A stretch of DNA of 64,000 nt from Bacteroidia bacterium (GTDB lineage Bacteria > Bacteroidota > Bacteroidia > 2-12-FULL-35-15): the NCBI GenBank assembly GCA_036386835.1, contig DASVUX010000028.1, positions 66,095 through 130,094 of the forward strand, given 5' to 3'. Shown here piece by piece: positions 9,983 to 18,411 of this stretch; position 1 is the stretch's first letter; every line of letters begins with the position of its first letter. A model generated the notes under the pieces. The model saw only the letters and a list, made by a program, of their open reading frames with translations. It made no database searches and had not been told where the DNA came from. The translations under genes were made by a program, and so were the position numbers.

Positions 9983-10402
9983 ATTTGATTCATCTAAATG
10001 TCAATAAAAATAGGAATTATAAAAGCTTTAACAAAATATCAGGGGCTCCTTATTCAAGATGCTGCCAGGGAATAATCCATGTAAAATATGTGCCTGTATT
10101 GAGATTGGGACAAATAAAAAACCCGTCCACTTGGCAGGGAACGGGCATAATTAGATAAATCTCTCTAAACTAAATCTAATTATTAATAATTGCCGGAGCA
10201 ATTGAATTTTTAGCTGATGGAATTGAGCTTTTTACAGCAGTTAAATAAGGCTGTTAACAAGCATTTTATGCCCTTCACATCTCAATTCGAGTGCAAAAGT
10301 ACGCTTTTTCAAATTAAAAGCAAATATTTGCCGTTAAATTTATCATATTGCCCGATAAGTTTTACCGGAACACCGATAACCGGGAAAATCACCACACTGC
10401 TT

Positions 10403-11401
10403 TCAGGCGAATCCAGCGTTAAGCTTAACATAAGCTTCCCGGGTTTGGTTCCTGATCCGGGTAATTATCTCGCTGCATGATATGATATCATCAATAAGCT
10501 CCACACTCTGCCCTGCGCACCATAATGTTTCATAATTTCCGGGACGGACCGACTTCTCTAATTTTTTCATTCCGCTAAGTTGTACCCACATTTTAAAATA
10601 CTTCTTCGTTGTTGAATTATTCGAAAGCATCTTTTCCATCCAGTTTTGCTTATAACCTATCTTTTTCGCAAAAGGTGTATTGATAATGGTACAGGGAGTA
10701 CCTGAGATCTTTTCACTTAAAACAATGTCACTCATCTTAGAGCTTACTACAGCGTTTTTATAGTCATTGCTCACTCCCGCTTCAATGCTGGCAATAAACC
10801 TCGTGCCTACTGAAACCCCGGCTGCCCCTAATGCAAGCATGGAAAGCACCCCTTCACCGGTTGCGATCCCGCCTGCGGCAATAACGATCTTATCCGGAAA
10901 GTGATGATGCAGCGAAGGCACCAGCACCTGCAGTGTGTTTGGCCCGGCATGGCCCCCTGCACCCTGTCCTACCGCGATAAATCCGTCACACCCAAGATCG
11001 TTGCACTTTTTAGCATGCTCGATATTCGTGACATCACAGAAAACCTTCGCGCCATAACTGTGTGCCAGATCTATCACCTGCTTAGGATTCCCGAGAGAGG
11101 TAATATAAAACGGCACTTTCTTATCAACACAGATCTTCAGGTGCTTTTCATATAATGGATTGGTCTTCTGCACAATCAGGTTAATACCGTAAGTCCCTTT
11201 TGCAAGCTTATCTTTTTCCCGGTTAAGGATATCTAGGAGGTTCTCCAATTCACCTTCTTTCCGGTAATTAAGGCTGGGAAATGTAGCTGCGATCCCTGAC
11301 TGCATCCCCGATCTTAACATTGCTTCATTGCTAACCAGGAACATTGGCGCCATGATCATTGGGAAATCAATATTAAGGATATCTGTAAGCTTTGTTCGCA
11401 T
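10403..11401 (-). CDS. Nitronate monooxygenase / NAD(P)H-dependent flavin oxidoreductase (NMO, FabK-like)
   Basis: 'FPMIMAPMFLVSN' N-terminus and glycine-rich FMN-binding segments typical of NMO/2-nitropropane dioxygenase. Confidence 0.75.
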   Translation of the reverse strand: MRTKLTDILNIDFPMIMAPMFLVSNEAMLRSGMQSGIAATFPSLNYRKEGELENLLDILNREKDKLAKGTYGINLIVQKTNPLYEKHLKICVDKKVPFYITSLGNPKQVIDLAHSYGAKVFCDVTNIEHAKKCNDLGCDGFIAVGQGAGGHAGPNTLQVLVPSLHHHFPDKIVIAAGGIATGEGVLSMLALGAAGVSVGTRFIASIEAGVSNDYKNAVVSSKMSDIVLSEKISGTPCTIINTPFAKKIGYKQNWMEKMLSNNSTTKKYFKMWVQLSGMKKLEKSVRPGNYETLWCAGQSVELIDDIISCSEIITRIRNQTREAYVKLNAGFA

Positions 11402-11552
11402 TTGGATGAGTTTAAAGTTGTGGGAACGCTAAAATATTTTATTTTTGGAAATGTAAAGGTAGGGATTAGACATGAGATACCGGACATCTAACCTTGGGAG
11501 GTCATGATTATCCCCGTCAAAAGAAATTTGAAAACAATTTAAACCACTGCAC

Positions 11553-13319
11553 ATGGCTGTAACCAGGATATTCGACATCTTACCTCAATTACTTGAAAAG
11601 TATAACAAACCGGATGCGCTGGCTTCGAAAGAAAATGGCAAATGGGTGAAATGGTCAACACAGCAGTTTGTTGATACAGTTAATAATTTGTCCTATGGAC
11701 TTTTTAATCTCGGGCTTGAACGTGAAGACAAGATAGCGATAATTGCAAATAACCGGCCGGAGTGGAATTTCGCAGATTTCGCTATCCAGCAATCGGGCGC
11801 TGTCAGCGTTCCTGTTTATCCAACAATCTCCGAACACGACCTTGCATTTATCCTTGCGGATGCCAGGATCAAATACGTATTTGTTTCCACATCAGAGCTG
11901 CACGATAAAGTTAAAGCTGCCGCTGAAAAGGTTGATTCGATAAAAGGCATCTATACATTCAACAAGGTTTCGGGAGCTAAACACTGGACAGAGCTGGTTG
12001 AGGAAGGCAAACGCAATCCCAAAGCCGCTGAAATAAATGCTATCAAGAATTCCATTAAAGCTACTGATCTGTTCTCAATATTATACACTTCAGGAACCAC
12101 CGGGAACCCCAAAGGTGTTATGCTTTCACACAACAATCTTATCAGTAATTCCATTGCGTGCCAGGTGCTGGCCCCTTTTGAAAGCAGCTGGAAAGCTTTG
12201 AGCTTCCTGCCACTGAATCACGTATATGAGCGAATGCTCAGCACGCTCTATCTGTACCTTGGTGTCTCGATCTATTATGCTGAAAGCCTCGAAACAATTG
12301 GCGACAACCTGAAAGAAGTGAAGCCCCAGATCTTTGGCACTGTTCCCAGGCTGCTGGAAAAAGTGTATGATAAGATCGTTGCGAAAGGTGATGAGCAGAC
12401 CGGCATTAAGAAAAAGTTATTCTTCTGGGCGCTCGACCTGGGACTTCGTTATGAAGTAGACGGAAAAAACGGCTGGTGGTATGAAACACAGTTAAAACTT
12501 GCAAATAAGATCATCTTCTCGAAATGGAGAGAAGCACTCGGAGGAAATGTGGTGGCGGTTGCATCCGGCGGAGCTGCGCTTCAGCCAAGGCTTGCACGTG
12601 TCTTTAATTCGGCTGGAATTAAAGTGCTGGAAGGTTACGGACTTACTGAAACATCGCCCGTTGTTGCAGTGAACAGCTTTCTTCCGAACAGTATCCGGTT
12701 CGGCACAGTAGGCCCTGTAATTAATGGTGTTACTGTGAAGTTTGCAGAAGACGGTGAGATCCTGGTAAAAGGCCCGAATGTAATGATCGGGTATTACAAC
12801 AGGCCGGATGCGACTGCCGAAGCGATCGATAAGGACGGCTGGTTCCATACCGGTGATATCGGGGTATTGGAAGAGAACCGCTTCCTGAAAATCACCGACC
12901 GGAAAAAAGAGATTTTCAAAACTTCAGGCGGAAAATACATAGCCCCTGTGATGATCGAGAATAAACTGAAGGAATCACAATTCATAGAACAGGTAATGGT
13001 GATCGGTGAGAACCAGAAGTATGCATCCGCATTGATAGTTCCTGCATTCGCGTTCCTCAAGGAATACTGCAAGCGAAAAGGAATTGAGTACACAACGAAT
13101 GAAGACATCATAAAAAATCCTGTGATAAGGGCCCGTATCATGCAGTCGGTTGAGAAAGTCAACTCCACACTTGCCCAATACGAAACGATAAAACGCCCGG
13201 AACTCCTTCCCCGTGAATGGAGCATTGAAAAAAATGAAATGACACCGAAATTATCACTTAAGAGAAAAGTGATCATGGCTGCGAATAAAGATCTTATCGA
13301 CAAGATCTTTAATGAATAG
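11553..13319 (+). CDS. Long-chain-fatty-acid--CoA ligase (AMP-dependent synthetase/ligase)
   Basis: 'YTSGTTGNPKGVMLSHNN' AMP-binding motif, 'GYGLTETS', and a C-terminal 'TPKLSLKR' motif. Confidence 0.9.
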   Translation: MAVTRIFDILPQLLEKYNKPDALASKENGKWVKWSTQQFVDTVNNLSYGLFNLGLEREDKIAIIANNRPEWNFADFAIQQSGAVSVPVYPTISEHDLAFILADARIKYVFVSTSELHDKVKAAAEKVDSIKGIYTFNKVSGAKHWTELVEEGKRNPKAAEINAIKNSIKATDLFSILYTSGTTGNPKGVMLSHNNLISNSIACQVLAPFESSWKALSFLPLNHVYERMLSTLYLYLGVSIYYAESLETIGDNLKEVKPQIFGTVPRLLEKVYDKIVAKGDEQTGIKKKLFFWALDLGLRYEVDGKNGWWYETQLKLANKIIFSKWREALGGNVVAVASGGAALQPRLARVFNSAGIKVLEGYGLTETSPVVAVNSFLPNSIRFGTVGPVINGVTVKFAEDGEILVKGPNVMIGYYNRPDATAEAIDKDGWFHTGDIGVLEENRFLKITDRKKEIFKTSGGKYIAPVMIENKLKESQFIEQVMVIGENQKYASALIVPAFAFLKEYCKRKGIEYTTNEDIIKNPVIRARIMQSVEKVNSTLAQYETIKRPELLPREWSIEKNEMTPKLSLKRKVIMAANKDLIDKIFNE

Positions 13320-13333
13320 TTGTAACTACTGTT

Positions 13334-15274
13334 ATGAAAAAACAAAAAAATAATAAGGCTGCAGTAAAAAACCAGGAGCTGCCTGTTATTGACAAAAAAC
13401 TTCTGTTCCGCTTATCATTTATTATAGCGGCCGTTGCATTTCTTATCTATGCGAATACTCTCGGCCATGGATTTGTCCTTGATGACTCATCTGTAATCAG
13501 CGATAACACCATGACGCAGGGTGGGGTTTCTTCACTGAAGGACATTTTCACTTCTGCATACCGGGCCGGCCAGCCAAGTGCGAATCTCGACCTGTACCGT
13601 CCGCTTTCCAAAGCTATGTTTGCTGTTGAATGGCAGCTCTCTCCGGACAACCCTGCCATCCACCATTTTGTAAATGTGCTGCTTTATTCATTTGCCTGTG
13701 TCTTAATGTTCCTTATTTTTTCAAGATGGACACGCATTAACATTTACATTCTCTTTTTCAGCACGCTTATTTTTGCAGTGCATCCTATTCATACGGAAGT
13801 TGTAGCAAATATTAAAAGCAGGGATGAGATCCTGACGATGATCTTTTTACTGCTCTCGCTGAATGCGGCTTTAAAATATCTTGATAAACAAAAGATCGTT
13901 TCATTCATTTCCTACCTTTTTTGCTTTTTCCTTGCACTATTATCAAAAGAATCTGCCATTGTTTATGTCGGGCTTATCCCACTGTTCATTTACTTCTTTA
14001 CCCTGGCCCCGGCAGGAACAAACATTAAAATGACAGGATCAGCAGCGGCTGTTGCTGTTCTTTATCTTATTATTCACAGGAGTATCATTGGCAGCATCGG
14101 GCTGGACAACATTCCGGTTATTGACAATTCACTCCTCAGCACATCAAGTATATTCCTGCAAAAGTTAACCGCAGTGATGATAATGGGCAAATACTTTCTT
14201 TTGCTGCTCTTTCCGTATCCATTATCATGTGATTATTCTTTCAATACGATACCGATTGTGAGCGGCATTGCTGATCCCGGATTTTTATTCTCTATGCTCT
14301 TTCATGTCTTTCTCCTGGTATTTGCCATTAAAAAATTCAAGGACAAACATATACTCTCTTTCTGCATCCTGTTCTACCTGGTAAGCATGTCAATCGCGTC
14401 AAACATTTTTATGACCATCGGGACACACCTCGCGGAACGCCTGCTGTTCTTACCTTCTATTGCCTTCTGTATTGCCTTGAGCTATTGTTTATGTATGCTG
14501 ATGAAGATCAATACCGCTGAACAGATCAATAAATTCAGTGTGTTCTTTAACAGGGCTAAAGTATATGTCGTTTCTATAGCCGCACTTGCGGTTATTTTCA
14601 GCTTTAAAACAAGTTCGCGGAACAAAGACTGGAAATCGAATGCAGCCTTATTTGAAAAAGATATTGAAACGGTTCCCAACAGTGCCCACATGCTTATGTA
14701 CCTGACCGATCATTTAATTACCAAGGAAGACCTTGCAAAGATGTCACCGGAAGGAAAAAAAGCCAGGCTGCTGAAAGCTAAGGCACATATTGAGAAAGCG
14801 CTGAAGATCTATGAGCTGTTTCCCGATGCGCATTTTCTTGCCGGCAGGATCAGTTATGAGCTTGGCGACTTTCAAACTGCATACATTGAATGCAGCCGTG
14901 CACTATCTTTAAACCCGAGCAAGCCAATGTATCATAATAATACGGGGACCGCACTGTTTGCTCTTGGCAGGTTCAATGAAGCAGCAAAAGAATTTGAAGA
15001 AGCGATGAGACTGAACCCTGACGATCCCGACCATCCCTTCAACCTCGGAAGCGCTCACGGTGCCATGGGTGAATCATATAAACAGCAGAACGACACTGCG
15101 AATGCCAATAAAATGTTCCGATCCGCAATAGTTTATTTTGATAAGGCCATCAGGATGAAACCCGATTATAAATCTGCACATCAGTTCATGGGGGCAACTT
15201 ACAGGAACATGGGTGATACGGTGAATGCGAAGATCTATTTCGACCAAGCCGCGCGTTTAAAAACGAAACAATAA
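13334..15274 (+). CDS. Polytopic membrane protein (PMT_2/DUF2723-like glycosyltransferase-type N-domain) with C-terminal TPR repeats
   Basis: About 11 predicted TM helices followed by TPR-like repeats ('AHFLAGRISYELGDFQTA...'). Confidence 0.65.
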   Translation: MKKQKNNKAAVKNQELPVIDKKLLFRLSFIIAAVAFLIYANTLGHGFVLDDSSVISDNTMTQGGVSSLKDIFTSAYRAGQPSANLDLYRPLSKAMFAVEWQLSPDNPAIHHFVNVLLYSFACVLMFLIFSRWTRINIYILFFSTLIFAVHPIHTEVVANIKSRDEILTMIFLLLSLNAALKYLDKQKIVSFISYLFCFFLALLSKESAIVYVGLIPLFIYFFTLAPAGTNIKMTGSAAAVAVLYLIIHRSIIGSIGLDNIPVIDNSLLSTSSIFLQKLTAVMIMGKYFLLLLFPYPLSCDYSFNTIPIVSGIADPGFLFSMLFHVFLLVFAIKKFKDKHILSFCILFYLVSMSIASNIFMTIGTHLAERLLFLPSIAFCIALSYCLCMLMKINTAEQINKFSVFFNRAKVYVVSIAALAVIFSFKTSSRNKDWKSNAALFEKDIETVPNSAHMLMYLTDHLITKEDLAKMSPEGKKARLLKAKAHIEKALKIYELFPDAHFLAGRISYELGDFQTAYIECSRALSLNPSKPMYHNNTGTALFALGRFNEAAKEFEEAMRLNPDDPDHPFNLGSAHGAMGESYKQQNDTANANKMFRSAIVYFDKAIRMKPDYKSAHQFMGATYRNMGDTVNAKIYFDQAARLKTKQ

Positions 15275-15277
15275 AGC

Positions 15278-16149
15278 TCAGGCGAACCGCTTTACGATTA
15301 TTTCCACCTGCTTCCGATAATTTCCTCCAAAAAGATTAACATGGACCATTAAAGGATATAAATTACACAGGTCCATTCTTTCCTGCCAACCCTTTTCCAG
15401 GGGGAAACATTCATTATAAACAGCGTAGAACTGTTCCGGAAAACCTCCGAACAATTTAGTCATTGCAAGATCCATTTCGCGATGCCCGTAGTAAACTGCA
15501 GGGTCATACATGCAGGGATGGCCTGAAACATCCGTCATAAAATTCCCGCTCCAGAGATCACCATGTAATAAAGAAGGGGGTTCCACCGGGAAAAGTTCAG
15601 CCATCCGTTTATAAATCCGGTCAAATAGTCGTAATAAGCTTTGATCCGCGTTCCCGGAATCGTATGCGAGCTTCACCTGGGGAGATAACCTTTCCTCGGT
15701 AAAAAATGCCGGCCAAGAAGAATGAAAGAAATTTGACTGCTTTAAAGAGCCGATATAATTATCATGATCAAGACCGAATTCGATGCTGCTTTTTTTATGC
15801 AGCCGGAAAGCAATTCTGCAAAACGTTCAAAAGCATTAGTTTCACCGCTTTCCATGAACTCTAATATAAGAATACTCTCCTTCTTACTTTCCGAAACGGC
15901 AATCACTTCCGGGATCTTAACAGATGAATTGTTCTTCAGTAATCTCAATCCCCTCTTCTCTGCTTCAAACATACCCGGAAATTTTTCGGGGTCATTCGAT
16001 TTAATAAAAAAAGAACCGGCTGAAGTTTCTGTTTTCCAGGTTTCGTTTATGCTCCCTCCCGGAACACTCTCGATCGCGGAAACCGTAACCGGCTTACCAA
16101 ACACCCCGGAAAGCGCTTTTTCAATTAATAAAATGAGGCTTGGTTTCAT
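15278..16149 (-). pseudogene. Fructosamine-kinase / aminoglycoside-phosphotransferase-family gene disrupted by a -1 frameshift, or a sequencing error
   Basis: Two adjacent minus-strand ORFs (15742-16149 and 15278-15676) encode the N- and C-halves. The C-half frame read upstream gives 'RLHKKSSIEFGLDHDNYIGSLKQSNFFHSSWPAFFTEERL', which continues the family consensus. The frames meet at the CCGG run at 15803-15806. Confidence 0.7.
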
Positions 16150-18143
16150 TTGGTTTCAGACTGTGGCGGAATGAGCCCTAGTTTTTCCAACTCTTCCAGG
16201 TACACCCGCTTGCCATTGTATATCGCAGTAACAAATGCATCCTGCTGGCCTGCGGCACGTACCTTATTCTTGTGCGCAATTGCTTCGTTCAGTGTTTTAA
16301 ATGCCCCCCCGATTGTGAAGCGGGTGATGCCGTCTTCCAGCAGGAGTTTCTCCACTTTACCCATTCCTTTCAGGAAATCATACCTGTAATTCTTTGGTAA
16401 ATTATATGCCGCGATCTGCACTTTGAACTCGAGGCCTTCTTTACTTGAGTTTCCATGTTTTTCAACCACTTCACCAATTGTAGGTTTTGCTGCTTTTAGC
16501 GAATCTGTTTTCACAGTAACAGAATCCGCTTTGGGCAGCGTATCTTTTGGCACGGTGAAATTAAAATTTATTTTTTTTTCAGTATAAGCACTAAGATTCA
16601 GGCCTTCTATGTTAATGCTCTGGGAGGGATAATCCTTTAATGAGCATGTCACTTTATAATTCGCACCTGCAGGTATATTCACAAGATAATTCCCGGTAAC
16701 GGAATTTGAACTGAACTCCTTATAAACTGAGCCTTTATCGCGGATCTCTATTGTTATTTTTGCATCCACAGGTTTATCATCCTGCGTGGTGATCCCTGTA
16801 AGCATCAGAACGGGCGATGCTTTCAGGACTTTGCTGACATCCACCTGGTATATATCCTGTAATCCGTAACCGCCCGATTTTCCCGAAGCATAGTATCCGC
16901 TTGTACCATTTGCAGCAAGCACGAAATAAATATCGTCATCAGGAGTGTTAATAGGGTAACCCATGTTCTCCGGGCTTGACCATGATGAGTCTTTCGGATT
17001 CATGGTGATCTTGAAGATATCGTAGCCGCCCATGCTGTTATGGCCTTTTGAACTGTATAGCAATGTAACTCCGTCTGCATGAATAAACGGGGCATCATCA
17101 TCATAAACGGTATTAACGGCTGGCCCCATGTTCTTTATTTTACCCCAGGTACCGTCAATTTGCAGCGTGGCGCTATACAGATCCTTTCCACCATAACCTC
17201 CGGGCGTTTCACTTGAAAAATATAAGGTCTTCTCATCTGCCGATAAAGAAGCGCTTCCTTCCCATGCTGAAGTATTTACTTCACCTCGCAGCTTTTCGGG
17301 TTCACTCCATGTATTCCCGTTAAGCGCACTCAGATAGATATCGCCATTATCATAGCCGTTATCGCGGAAGATGAAAAGTTTCTGTCCGTCATTTGAAATT
17401 GCAATTGCTGCATCATGAACATTCGTGTTAATGTTGGAACCTATTCCTGTGGGCGGCACCCACTTACCGGCTTCCTTATGCGTAATAAATACATCTTCAT
17501 AATAGATCCCAAGTTCATCAGGCAGGTTAGACCCATTCTGCTTTCCTCCCGTGCTTTCATCACCTCGGTAAGTAAATATCATTACCTGCTCATCAGAAGA
17601 TATCACAGGCACGTATTCAGAATTAACAGTATTCAGGATCTCACCGGCATTCTCGATCTGTGCATCCACTGGCGAAGCCACTAGTACTTTTGCATTCTTA
17701 CAGTAATCCATTAACTGTGCTGTACTTTTCTTTTTGCTTTCAGCCACATTTTTACCTGTAAGATACTTTTCCAGCATTTTCAGCGCATCATCGAATTTGT
17801 AATTATAATGATAAGCACGGGCAATATCATATTCAATATCTGCAGCCGTTTTATTTTTTTCATAGACCTGGAGCAAAAGCTCAAGGGAACGTTGGTGGGC
17901 ATCGCTCCTGTATAATCCACAGATGCCTACAACATACTTCAGGTAACTTTCTTTTGGGTGATTTACCAGCATTTTCTCGTAAAGCGGTAAAGCCATCACA
18001 AAATCCTCTTCTTCAAAAAGCGCCTGGGCTTTTGCCAGCGAATCAAGCTCGGTTTTTCGCCACTTCCGGGTTTTCATTGTTCCCTGTTGAAATAAAGGAC
18101 CTGAAAAAAGCATTGCCAGGATTAAGAGTAAAAATGTTTTCAT
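16146..18143 (-). CDS. Periplasmic TPR / PD40 (TolB-like) beta-propeller / carboxypeptidase-regulatory-like / SPOR-domain protein
   Basis: Signal peptide, TPR-like N-terminus, repeated 'DG..L.F.S.R.GG.GG.DIY' PD40 blades, and a C-terminal 'FKVQIAAY...DGITRFTIGGAFKTLNEA' SPOR-like domain. Confidence 0.7.
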   Translation of the reverse strand: MKTFLLLILAMLFSGPLFQQGTMKTRKWRKTELDSLAKAQALFEEEDFVMALPLYEKMLVNHPKESYLKYVVGICGLYRSDAHQRSLELLLQVYEKNKTAADIEYDIARAYHYNYKFDDALKMLEKYLTGKNVAESKKKSTAQLMDYCKNAKVLVASPVDAQIENAGEILNTVNSEYVPVISSDEQVMIFTYRGDESTGGKQNGSNLPDELGIYYEDVFITHKEAGKWVPPTGIGSNINTNVHDAAIAISNDGQKLFIFRDNGYDNGDIYLSALNGNTWSEPEKLRGEVNTSAWEGSASLSADEKTLYFSSETPGGYGGKDLYSATLQIDGTWGKIKNMGPAVNTVYDDDAPFIHADGVTLLYSSKGHNSMGGYDIFKITMNPKDSSWSSPENMGYPINTPDDDIYFVLAANGTSGYYASGKSGGYGLQDIYQVDVSKVLKASPVLMLTGITTQDDKPVDAKITIEIRDKGSVYKEFSSNSVTGNYLVNIPAGANYKVTCSLKDYPSQSINIEGLNLSAYTEKKINFNFTVPKDTLPKADSVTVKTDSLKAAKPTIGEVVEKHGNSSKEGLEFKVQIAAYNLPKNYRYDFLKGMGKVEKLLLEDGITRFTIGGAFKTLNEAIAHKNKVRAAGQQDAFVTAIYNGKRVYLEELEKLGLIPPQSETK

Positions 18144-18192
18144 TAGAATATGGATTAAGCCTGATTTAAATTTTAATTTTGCACCATAATAT

Positions 18193-18411
18193 ATGAATCT
18201 AAAAGCACCTCATACCCCAAACATGTTCCGGGAGAATATCCGGCTTGGGCTCCTTGTTGATGTAGTATTAAAGAAGGATCAGAAGACAGGAAAGCGCACC
18301 CGGGGAACTGTCAGGGCAATTCTCACAAGCAGCCCTTTTCATTCAAGGGGCATTAAGGTAATGCTTGATACGCGGCAGGTTGGCCGCGTTCAGGAAATTA
18401 TCGCTAGTTGA
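18193..18411 (+). CDS. YwbE-family (DUF2196) small protein
   Basis: 'VDVVLKKDQKTGKRTRGTVRAILTSSPFHSRGIKVMLDTRQVGRVQEI' closely matches Bacillus YwbE. The true start may be the Met at 18223. Confidence 0.75.
   Translation: MNLKAPHTPNMFRENIRLGLLVDVVLKKDQKTGKRTRGTVRAILTSSPFHSRGIKVMLDTRQVGRVQEIIAS

Noticed and set aside
10217-10480. 87-aa ORF in the AAA+ upstream leader
   Set aside because: No start context and no motifs, and it runs into the NMO gene on the opposite strand. I treat the region as non-coding.
15764-16174. 136-aa plus-strand ORF overlapping the fructosamine-kinase locus
   Set aside because: It lies antisense to the kinase N-half and has no motif. It is explained by the frameshifted kinase on the other strand.
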